DNA of 64,000 bases from Perkinsus chesapeaki ATCC PRA-425 (lineage: Eukaryota; Protista; Perkinsozoa): contig JAAPAO010000062.1 in NCBI GenBank assembly GCA_013115145.1, forward strand, positions 1 through 64,000, in the 5' to 3' direction. Positions 26,196 to 36,871 of the stretch are shown here, piece after piece. The number at the start of each line of letters is the position of its first letter. The stretch's first letter is position 1. The position numbers and the translations under genes are program-made. The notes under the pieces are model-generated. The model had not been told where the DNA came from. It saw only the letters and a list, made by a program, of their open reading frames with translations, and ran no database searches.

Positions 26196-27680
26196 ACATA
26201 AGTTAATAGCACGGAGACGCGTTATTGGGGTGAGAGTTGAGGGAAGTGTGGTATGACTAGGACACATAACTCCTGTACCTAAACGCTCTTTGCGGTTGGA
26301 AACTGAATCGGCATGAAGTACAGTAAAGATAATGTTCCCATTATTTCTTCTCGAATTTTGTGTACTGTATACAAAGCGAACATTCTGCGAGGCGTAGGGC
26401 ACATCGCGCACTCTGCGTGTTAAGTATCAATCGACTGTTTCTGGCCACTATGCCGCATCTGGATGCTCGCAGGGTCCTTCGTAGCTGTTCTATACAATTG
26501 CAACCGTATACCGTCTAGAGTCGCCCATTATGCTTTCATCCGTATTATTCGCATGCCGCAGATGCGAAAGTCTTACTGCATCAGCAGCTGGTCCGAACCG
26601 TCGAGACTCGTTAAGGAGTGAAAGCCCAGAGGATTGGAGAATGCAAACGGCATAGTTGCGCCAGCAGGCTGTACACTATCGGCCCAGAACCGCAGAAGAA
26701 CGTCAGTTTTGTAACGTGGTTTGCTCGTTATTGAGAACCGTTTTGGAGCAAATGGCTGTCGGATTTTTGGTGTAATGACTCACCTCAATATCACTGTCCC
26801 TATAGGTTTATTACAACTTATAATTTGTAGCGACTTGCCGCTTGTACTCGACCCTTTCGAGGCAGCATACACAACTCAAGCATCAGGAGTGCATGTCTTC
26901 GAAATTGTCTTTCTAGTGTCCTGCCAACTCCGCATGAACAAGGCGGCACCGATCGATAGCGGCAACTGCCCCTAGCTGAGTTTTGTGCACTTGGTACTCC
27001 AGAGACACTCTAGCGGGGAGCTCCTGCTATATTATAGGCACCTTGACTCGAATCTGGATTGGTTGCTTCACTGCTAATCAACTGAACAGGCGGAAGTTAC
27101 TCATCCACCCCAGTGAGAAGAATAAGTATCCATGATTGGCCAACTAGCCGCTCGAATCAACTTGAATGTTCTTCAGCCCTCGTCCTGGACCGAGCTAATG
27201 AGCTGATATCGCCTCGAAGCTTTCAGCTGCTTGAACTCTGTATTAACCACGCTCCGGTATAGTAGGACGAGATAAGATACGGGTGGACAGTGCGAAAGGA
27301 TGAATTCAAGCCAGCATGTTCTGAGAGCTTCCTAGCATAGCGCTAGTAGCGTCGGTGTTGCAAGGTGCTTAGATGATTGCAATAAGATTACGAGAATCGA
27401 GACCATGGTTTTCAACATTGTCCGGAGTATGCAGAAACCACCATTTAGTTAGGTTTCCTAGTCGCCCTCATTTTATCGGTCCGAGCGAATTAAAATATTC
27501 ATAAGTGATGGACTCTATAGTCTCCGGCCCGTATTGGGAGCCTAGTGCACAAACAATCTCGTTATGTCGCCGTTCTACCAGTTTTTCGTTCATTTGTATG
27601 TTTAAATTGGCGCGTACTCGGGTCGAGTCGAGTCAAATGGCCAGTCACGTTGATTATCGAGTACTAGTAGTACTGGCTAA

Positions 27681-27751
27681 TCACATGGCTAATCACGTTG
27701 GTTGTCGAGTAGTATTGTACTACTCGACAACCAACGTGATTAGCCATGTGA
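27681..27751. repeat. Perfect 34-bp inverted repeat with 3-nt loop
   Basis: TCACATGGCTAATCACGTTGGTTGTCGAGTAGTA-TTG-TACTACTCGACAACCAACGTGATTAGCCATGTGA. Confidence 0.95.
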
Positions 27752-28076
27752 CTTGAGAGCTTTTGAAGAGGAGGTTCATTCTGCCCAGAACGGGGAGATA
27801 ATCTGGATGCAATCACTGCCCAGAAAATACGTTGGTGATGGCCGGCTTTGGACCTAATCCATTGGCGCTAATTTTCGAGACGGCAAAGGAGTTCAATGCG
27901 CTACTCATATCACCATATCCCCTTCATTAAACAGGACAACTCTAAGACAGCGAGAAACTACGAGCGGCTTGGACATTCTCAATAAGCCACTGATCAGACC
28001 ATTGCGAGCAGGGTGAGAACCTACGTACCACTGATGCTACTCGGTCGCTTAACACACCTCCACTAGAGCTTGGATA

Positions 28077-28385
28077 TATCTATTGAGAACCGTCTCCCTC
28101 GAATGCCGAGCAGAACACGGAAGCTGCTTCTTCTTCCTTTGTGGTCTCATTAGTATGAATATTTGATTCCACATATGGTATTACAGCAACAACCACTTGA
28201 TTATCTCATTGAGTTTAGAAAAGTCACAATATCCCACTGGTCATCAGCATAAGCGGGATCACCTGTATTCTGCAAAGAATGACGTAGCACTTCCATCATA
28301 TCAGCTCTCACTTCCTCGTGCTCGGGTATATCCCACCTTATTTGTAAATCACCATCGTCCGTAGGAGTATAATGTCCCCTAACAA
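28077..28385 (-). pseudogene. Truncated, frameshifted paralog of the secreted protein at 28844-29371
   Basis: GHYTPTDDGDLQIRWDIPEH...DPAYA...FLNSM aligns with GHYTPTSNGNLQIRWDIPGY...DPAYA...FLQSM. A deletion/frameshift follows before DNQVVVAVIP...EEEAASVFCSAF. No 5' part was found. Confidence 0.75.
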
Positions 28386-28450
28386 TGAGAGGCTGGCCGC
28401 CTGCGAACCTCTGCCAAAGTTCGAGCTCTTCTAATTATCAAAACCGTCAT

Positions 28451-28620
28451 AGAGGTTCACTGTAAGGAAAAAGTAAGAGCTTCACTGTAGGGAGAGCGGG
28501 AGGGCTAAGCTCTCAGAGCTTCACCGTCGAGCAAGAGTAAGAGCTTTACTGTCGGAAAAGAGTAAGAACTTCATCGTCAGGAAAGGCGGAGAGCTAAGCT
28601 CTCAGAGCTTCACTGTCGGC
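28451..28620. repeat. Minisatellite with 25-bp and 39-bp units (core AGAGCTTCACTGT)
   Basis: Six cores at 28456, 28481, 28520, 28545, 28570 and 28609 (spacing 25-39-25-25-39). Confidence 0.85.
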
Positions 28621-28843
28621 AAGAAAAGAGGGAACAAGATAGTTTATGCTCGAGAGAATGTGGAATTTTGATGCTCAGCCTGAGCTGTCATTTCATTCAA
28701 GGGGGATCTTCGAGAACACGAGGGGCTTTCATACTCCCACTATATCACCATCTAACAACACAACTCAAATAACCTCTCATGAAATATGAGCCCGTAAGCA
28801 CATCGACGACTGAGGTAATGAAAAGCTGTAGAAACAAATTGTT

Positions 28844-29371
28844 CTACGAGAATGGATTACGGAATGCCCAGCAGAAACGAGCAGCTGCTTCTTCTTGCAT
28901 CACGACCTCATCAGTACGAACATGTGTTTCCGGATTTGGTAGTATAGCAATATTCACTTGATTCGTATCTCCAACATAGTACATTGATTGAAGAAATGTA
29001 CTGGGATCCCACAGCTCTGGAGCATAAGCGGGGTCCCGTGTAGCCACTAGCTCACTTCTTAGAAGCGAGAGCATATCAGCCCTTGCTTGGTCGTAACCCG
29101 GTATATCCCACCTTATTTGTAGATTACCATTGGAGGTAGGCGTATAATGCCCTCTTGCAGTCCAGGCCCCGTCGCCACCAAACCTTGGCACTACCACGAG
29201 CTCAAAGATATCCTCGTCGTTATGATTGATGAAAAGTACTCTAATGTTGAATCCTGCCATGGCATGGAGGCCGAAATGTGTTAAAGTGCTTTCGTAGACA
29301 CGACCACTGAGATGTCCGTTTCCTAGGGTAGAAACCATTGCCATAAGGGTAAGAGCAGTAGTAGCGTACAT
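28844..29371 (-). CDS. Secreted hypothetical protein (175 aa), intronless
   Basis: Signal peptide MYATTALTLMAMVSTLGNG within a 238-aa ORF. Coding status is supported by the adjacent paralogous pseudogene. Confidence 0.7.
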   Translation of the reverse strand: MYATTALTLMAMVSTLGNGHLSGRVYESTLTHFGLHAMAGFNIRVLFINHNDEDIFELVVVPRFGGDGAWTARGHYTPTSNGNLQIRWDIPGYDQARADMLSLLRSELVATRDPAYAPELWDPSTFLQSMYYVGDTNQVNIAILPNPETHVRTDEVVMQEEAAARFCWAFRNPFS

Positions 29372-30861
29372 CCTTGATGTTGATAATACTGGTTTCCAAA
29401 CTACACAAGTTAACCACTGGTATGAGAATTCGCTATCTTGCACGTTTCTGCAATGAGGAATGCCACAGCTAAGGTACGCTTCCATTTGGCTCGAATCGGG
29501 AATCCCGTCGGGATTTTCGGGTTTCATATTCTTCAGACTAATTTCTTCTGACAACCTCATCTCAATGAGACGTCGAATCTCTTTGCTTTCCTATCCTGTA
29601 TGTGTCCTTGTGCATCGGAAAGCATCGGAGTACCGAAGTTAGGAAAAGTATAGCTATCAGCAAAAAAGGTGGAGCATCCACGTCGCGAGGAAACCTACAG
29701 GGTAGGAAAGTAAAGAAATTCGGCGTCGCACTCTCAGTTTAGAGCGCGGGGTGCGAACCAGCCAACCCCCTCTGGCTGCATTGAACATGACTCGTTGCAC
29801 ATATGAGTCGCTGAAAGACGTTACAATTGATAAACTTGTGGTCCGCGACCCGAAGGCCGCTCTTGTCAGATTGTTAGTGCTGGTGACGTAGATATCGATA
29901 ACCCTGGCGCGTTGCGAGTGGCCTTCATGTGGCCATACGTATCCTGTCCACATGAAATGCAACAGTAATAGCGCACATGTATGTACACTTGAAGGAGTGG
30001 CGGGTATATATCATCGGCTGGATAGCAAGTCTTGGTTATAACTATTTTCCATTTATTCTCATGCATCAGATTTAAGTCAAATGCCAGGTACAGGAGTGAC
30101 ATGGTTCGGCGGAGCGGCTCAGATGCTCCGGCAGAAATAGAAAAGTGCCGTTCTCGACACTCATTTCTGAGAAAAAGTCTTCCGCACAATCTTGGTTTTC
30201 TCTTCGAGACTCTGCAGAGGTCATGGCTTTGTTTACGGCGGAACAGATTGTTGCTTAGGCGCCAAGCTGTTGGTGTGTTAGGCTACAACTAATGGGGCTT
30301 CCGTAATGTAGTACGTATATGCGCGCAACTCTGTACGTGAGCAGGCTGATGAGCTACCTCCTGTTTATCATGGGCCTCGCTCATCCATGCGGGAAAGCGG
30401 GATTGGGAGGGGAGACGGGCCCGTATTATTCTTCACAGTTACATGTGTGAGTGAGGGTTGATGCCAACGCTGGCATAGTTCGGCTTAGAAGATTTACTTC
30501 ACCAAGGATTACTCAATATGCTTTCAATTGCCATCAACGTATGTCGTGATATTGTGGTAGCGTGGATATTCTCTACGCTCAGGCATATGTCAGTGCTAAG
30601 AACCGGGAAGGTATTCTTAGTATTGTAAGTAGTTGCGCTGTGCGCCATAGCTATCCAGTTTACACAGTCGCACTCATACACACTAAGGCTCTTTCTTACG
30701 CCTCTCCGTCAGCTTTGTGTTGGAGTATATCTCTGGCACTTAACAAGTATTAATTAGTAACTACGGAAACTGAACACGTGACGGCTACGCTTCTGTCGAA
30801 TTCATTATAGGCAATTTGATAACAGAAAATATTAATGTAACATGGTCACTCAGAGAAGTGG

Positions 30862-33495
30862 TTACTCAGCCTCGACGTCATCGGCAATCTCGTTCTGGGG
30901 CAACCGATGAGATTGTAAAGGAGCACCTGACAGCGGAAATCTGCGGGGACCTCTCGCCGATGGATGCTCACTAGTGGTAGAAATCTCGCAAGATTTCCAC
31001 AGCATAATGATAATTCCACCAGCGACGCTGCAGCAACCTCCGAGCAGAAAACTCGCACTGTCAGATCCAAAAGCGGCGTTGAGGGGACCACCCACTAGAG
31101 ATAGCAGTAACTGCGGGATGCATACCGCAACATTGAGCACCTGAAGGGGCGGATTGTGCAACAAAATTTGCGCTTGCAACTTCATGACCAACAAACAGGC
31201 GCGCATTATGAGACTTACGCCCATCATTGCGCCTCCACCTTCATCCACCCCACCTGGGTGTTCTTCAACTTGCTCCACGCCGTTGGAGGGCTCAGCCGAG
31301 GCTACATGCGAAATGGATGCCACCAATGCGTACGGTACCGAACAAGTGACCGCATACCTGACGGCGATGATAATGATGCTAAGCACAGATCGATAAGACC
31401 CAAATAGTGCCTTTACATCGGTCCAATGGCGGCCAGCCACACCTGAGTTCCGATAGTGCTCACATCCAAGTGTTTAAGAAGTGGGGCAAGACTGAGCACT
31501 CCCCCCAGAGTAAGACAAGATACTCCCCATAGAGGATAGGAGTACTTCCCATCACGCTTTAAAACGAATGCGAGGATCTGACAAACCACCGATGGAACTG
31601 CAGGCAAGCAGCATCAGCAGCAGCAGCAGCCTACCACACCAGCAACTCCAGATAGTATCGCAGCACCAAGCATGCCACCAGCGGCAACGTGCATCGCCTC
31701 CTCGTATCTGAGAGATGGTCGCCAAGAGAATCCAGCGGCTCTGGCTGAGGATCACTTCGGCCCACTGTCTCCACCATGAAGGAGCTCGACTGCTGCGAAA
31801 TGAGATTGATAAATCTGTGAGGCAAACCATCCCATCCAAGAAAGTAGAGTTGCCACCTGAAACGGCTACTGTTATCGAGCGGTTCTGGGGAATGACCCTC
31901 ACGTAAATGAGTGTGTAGTCGGAAGGCAGAGCTCTGAAGTCCACGCAACACATCTTCAAAGGATTTGATAAGACACTTCGGACTGTCATACGATACCTTG
32001 CCAAGTGTTGAGCTTCTCGGCCAACTATGCCTAAATGACCGGAAGTTGATGACAGTGTTGGTATGGGACATACATGCAATAGAGACAGTAAGTACAACCA
32101 CGAGTATGTTGACGCTGAAGGCCGAGCGAAGATCGTAACATCCTGGCACGTATTCAGGAGGGCCTGAAGAGAGCAGCTAACGAGAAGGTGTAGAACAAGC
32201 GTACATTGCTCTTTCAGATGTGTCAAAGCACACTGCTTGGGACAGGCTACTGAGAGATCAACTCCCATCACAGCCAGCAGTGGCGCGGCGAAGCTCCAAG
32301 AGCCTTCAGTGGCCCAGCCAACTGAGGCCCAAGATAGGCGACAACAGAAATACCTGCGCTGGCTACGAGTAGGAGCGCTGGATCTGCGGGGTACCCTGAT
32401 ATCATGCCTAGAGCCCACCAGCATTGCTGGCTGCTGTACGCTAATGAGAGTTGCGAGTCGGGTACCATGTCCGATATCAATGCTCGGAATACCACCGCGA
32501 GAACCTACAAGCCATTCTGGGGTCGTCGACGGCTGCTGCTCTGCAGGGATGTATCGCGATGGATGGGCGGCGGTGCCCATTGGTAGAGTGGATAGTCAGA
32601 CCCGTTTCGAGGAAAGAAATAATGCAATAGTGTCTGCCTATACTGGCCTATGGTGTCGATAGAAAGCCCACCATGGGGGGCACTAGGTTCATTATAGATT
32701 GAGTGTGATGGAGGGCCAAGGCTTATTACTTACCGTAGGGAGTAATAAGCCTCGCTCTTCTCCCATCACACAGTGTAATCATCAATACTTACGTTATTAG
32801 AGGCATCAAAGAGCCAGAACGATATGATAAATATAACAGTAGCATAACGATGATCAGTGTCTCGATCACCGAGCAATACACCAAGGTCCAATGACCATGC
32901 TATTAGAAACAAAGATACCAACAATATCAATGTACCACCCAACGCGTATCTACATACACCATACAGCTGAACGAGAATGAACAGTGTAATACGGTCGTCG
33001 ACGTCCCCATTTGTGTTCGCATTGGTCACTGAGTCTACCCACCAGGGGCTGCACCAGCATGCCTGTGATAGGGCCACACAGCCAGAGGTAAGACGACATG
33101 CTCTCAGATATACCTATATGCGAGGAGGACCGCTGCGGGTGGCTGGACGAAGGGTATGCTACCGAGCTTCATGCCAAAGGGAGTTAATAATGCGAATTGG
33201 AGAGCGAAACCGAATGACACTCCGAAGGGGCCGACAGTGAGGAGGAGGATCCACCTGACACATCCAGAGGGAGGAGTGGTGTAATATCCCCACAGAGTTA
33301 CAAGAACCCCAGAGGAGAGTTCAGCTATCGGAGCTTTATTTAACCACCTTAATCACGTGTAAGTGATAAATTGAACTAATCTCTATTAAAGTGCATCTCC
33401 AAGTGAGCCACAGTACTGCGTTGGAGATAAGACCCACACAGAGTTAGTCGAACTCACCAAAGTGGTCGAGTCGATATATTATCTTCATCAGTCAT
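30862..33495 (-). CDS. SUT/SUC-SLC45 family (GPH/MFS) sugar:cation symporter
   Basis: FGFALQFALLTPF...YLWLCGPITGMLVQPLV; LIAWSLDLGVLLGD...FIISFWLFDASNN; FRALISDMVP; VLNVAVCIPQLLLSLVGGP. These are hallmark sucrose-transporter motifs. Confidence 0.85.
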
Positions 33496-33599
33496 CTCTC
33501 TATATCGTACCGATGGGCAAAAGCTCATAAGCTACTACCCCGCCCACTATCACCAACAAACACAATCCTCACATGGCTTAAAATGAAACAGTTGATATA

Positions 33600-34997
33600 T
33601 TAACACATTATAGTCTCATCACAATACCAGCAACACTGCCTGCCAGCCGCATCCACTCTACTAGCTGGGATCACCTCCCGCTGACCGTTCCCTTCTTTAG
33701 AAACACATCGCTCATTCCCACACTTCACACCGCCGCCAAACGTGACGTCTGTCCATGGCTTCCGGCCCGCAGCTCCGAGACCGCGCAGCAAAACTATGCG
33801 CAAAAAATAACCGTTTCGGCTTTGCTCGTCCCACCCATTCAGGGAAGTCTCGTCGATTTCGTACGGGATCGTCGGGAACCTCGAATCCCGTGGGAGAGGA
33901 TGGAAAAACTTACAATCCTTCGGAACTTTATCGACCATAGTGGCAGGATCAAACGTGACCGCGCGCCTCAAAACTGCCGATCTTTGCTGCTGGTCTTCGT
34001 CCATTCTTTCCAACTGTATTCGAGTGAAGTACCAAATGTTCGCTACGTCACTCTGCGATAGATACTCCTCAAGGGACGCGAATTGCCGTACATCATATCC
34101 CAGAGATATCATCCTGTCCGTATAAGCTTGAGGCATTCCTATTTCATCTGGAGCGACCAGATCGACTTTAACATTATCGAAGACACGCAAACCGTTGACT
34201 TTTGAATGGACCGTTCGGCCGTTCTTGAGATCACCGATAAGGGCGACGTGAATCTTATGGAAGTCGGATGGCTCCACCCCTATCCGCTGGAACTCGAGGT
34301 CCTCCTCGCGGCTCTGCAGCCTTTTGATGTGCTCCACGAAAGTGAACTGATCGAGTAGCTCCTGTGTCGGGTGCTCGTGCGATCCATCGCCAGCATTTAT
34401 GAAAATAGGAGTTTTGATGCCGTGCAGTTCAGCATATTTCACCATAGCGTACTCAAGCCAGCGGCAAACGCCCTCCAGCTTGGAACGAATCACAAAGGTC
34501 GTTCTCCCCACTGGCGAGTAACCGACGAGCATCTTAATGGTGTCGGTGATGGTCTCTGATTTTTGGAAACTACTTGTTTGGCAGTCGAAGACGTTAACTT
34601 TGACATCGTGGAACTTGGCGGCATTCAGAAAGGATTCTCTCGTTCTGGTGGAGTTCTCCATAAAGATGAGATACACGCAGGATTGAGGGTCGTCAACCTG
34701 ATCGATTTGCGCACTATGAAAGATACGCCAATAAGCATCTTAGGCGCCCTACCCGAGCTCCAGTTCTCAGAACATCAACCGGATCGGAAAAGACTTCCTT
34801 CAGCCTTATCGCATCAGCCAGGATGCGACGCCTTTCCTCTACAGAGACGTCATCGATCACACAGAGGCTTCGAGGGTCCATCGCTCAAAAGATGCTGGGG
34901 CAGCTCTATCAAATAACTTCAAAGAATGCAGCTTTGAATCTTTCAGTCTGACAGCAGGGCTACTTCGAACCGTACTATGATGTTGACTTTTGAACAT
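33600..34997 (-). CDS. pyrB: Aspartate carbamoyltransferase (PyrB) fused to a C-terminal PyrI-type Zn-binding motif
   Basis: FMENSTRTRESF, INAGDGSHEHPTQELLD, GDLKNGRTVHSK, YFTRIQLER, FHPLPR; C-terminal KCGNERCVS...CWYCD. Start inferred from two small upstream exons. Confidence 0.92.
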
Positions 34998-35464
34998 CCC
35001 CGTTATGGGTAACGAAAGCAAAATCGATCAGAATGGCGCGCGCTAGCCGCATCGCCTGAAACTCAGCTTTTTTAGACAGCGCTGCTTCTAAGGTTGAACT
35101 CTAGAAGCTTTGACACACAATTTCGGCGGATGAGTAGACGACTCGTTCATTATGTTGCTGGGTGCATGTAGGATAGTATATGGCAATGCTGATGATAAGT
35201 ATGACGCCGAAGTGGACGTATTTTGTATCTTCCTGGGTCAACCTTAAGATGCGCGTTGATGTGAAATTGCGCCGATCTGAGCTTCAGTTAGGCTGTGTCG
35301 TGTAGCAAGCGTTTTGTCGTCTGAATTTTTGGTCGATCAGGACTAGTTCGCTCCTAGTGAAGCGCAATTATACCGTGAATCCTTGGTTAAACTATGCGAG
35401 ATACATATTAGGTCAGATTGACATGCCTGCTATTTAGTTTTCTTCCACTAGTTCTCTTATAGAG

Positions 35465-35778
35465 ATGTCCTGCAAGTCCGGCTGCGCTAGCTTCTGCGCT
35501 GTCCTTTCAGCTGGTAAGTTCCTCTCTTCTCTATTTATCAAATCATCTTACTCTCAGTTGCCGTACCGGTACTCGTTTACTTCGCCCTTTTGTGCGGCTC
35601 TGGCTCTCGCCTTATTGAGGTTGCTGATGCCAAAAAGCCTTCTGCCGCCGTTGGTTGCTGGATCTCTGCCGCTCTTTACGCATTGACTTTCATCGGCTGC
35701 TACGCCTACAAGAAGAAGCTTAATCGTCAAGAGAAGGCTCAGGCTCAAGCTAACTATCAGTTGGCTGCCGCCGAGTAG
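35465..35778 (+). CDS. RNASEK / V-ATPase subunit f-like small two-TM protein
   Basis: Spliced MSCKSGCASFCAVLSAVAVPVLVYFALLCGSGSRLIEV...VGCWISAALYALTFIGC. The CxxLS...LIE...CxIxAxLY pattern resembles RNASEK. Confidence 0.55.
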
Positions 35779-36329
35779 TTATCCCCACTCCAACAACAGT
35801 TCACTGTTAAGCAAGAAAGACAGCGGCGCTTCTATAGTACAGTATTTACGACGACACTTCTGATGGCTGCCAATAGCTGGTGGTTGATTGTCCCATGAAT
35901 CCTGCTACTAAAACCACAACAAGTCATCGCTCCATTGGTTCTCTTCAACAACAGTAAGTCACTCATCTTTCACTGATGAGCATTATTTCATCCTCAGTTA
36001 CCTTCAATTTGCTGCTTAACCGCGCAACACCAGCGGCCTCGGTGATTCCGTAGCCCATTCGATCGACCCTCTACTGTGTGTTGTGATTCCTTAATAGGAC
36101 CATTACTCTCAGTGGTGGTGTTCGGAAGGCAGAAGTGGCTGAAGTGTTACTATTGTTGATGCATCTTACTGTGGACTAGTCGCTTGGTTTTTTATACATT
36201 TGCGTGAAGTATTCAAAAGTGTTATTTTTGTCAATTAATGGGCCAACGGTGTCATATCGCAGTTGTTGTTTTCATACCGACTTTCGCTCAGATCTACATC
36301 TTTGGTTATGTAAGATTCTTTCATAATTT

Positions 36330-36731
36330 TTGTTACAAGTAGGTTATTGTAGGTTCTGCCAGGACATAGAGCGTTTCCTAACACTCACAGCAACTCACGC
36401 CCATCTGTTCCACACGGGGTTTGGGGGCTCTTCTATCACTCCCTCTAAAGTGGACATAGCTAATGAAGACTATATCACTACACTATCAGAAACACAACGC
36501 AGCTGCGGTCGAGATTCTGACACCTCTAGCTGTCAGCATCAAAGCATGGATTCCGAATTAGCCGATGAGTTCGGTCTTGCTATAGAAGAGTGCCTCGAAA
36601 TATGTGCTCGGTGGGGCCTGGACGATGTCACGTCGGAAGCTGCAGAGAGCGACGCATCCGACGAGCCGTGGGTGCTGCTGTCTGATGAAAACGAGAACGA
36701 AGGTTTTATTGTTGTTGCCCAAGAGAACTGA
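36330..36731 (+). CDS. Hypothetical acidic protein (likely last exon)
   Basis: 133-aa ORF with an acidic C-terminus; no family recognised. Confidence 0.3.
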   Translation: MLQVGYCRFCQDIERFLTLTATHAHLFHTGFGGSSITPSKVDIANEDYITTLSETQRSCGRDSDTSSCQHQSMDSELADEFGLAIEECLEICARWGLDDVTSEAAESDASDEPWVLLSDENENEGFIVVAQEN

Positions 36732-36871
36732 ATCGTTTTATTAACTGCAAAATTAACGGAAATGAGCCTGTCATATCTTGAGTTGCGTTACTTAGTGACA
36801 ACACAAAGCAAAGGCGATACAGATCAATTTGAAATTATGGTATAGAAGGACAGTTTGTATCAGACAATGGT

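Noticed and set aside
26400-27420. Stop-interrupted reading frames, including a signal-peptide-like MVSILVILLQ on the minus strand
   Set aside because: Too degraded to assign, with no paralog in the window to confirm pseudogene status.
28451-28620. Repeat-spacer appearance suggesting a CRISPR array
   Set aside because: The spacers are themselves repeated in two classes, the cores are degenerate, there are no cas genes, and the context is eukaryotic.
31552-32580. 342-aa minus-strand ORF
   Set aside because: It is a patchwork across exons and introns of the sugar transporter, mostly out of frame, with no independent homology.
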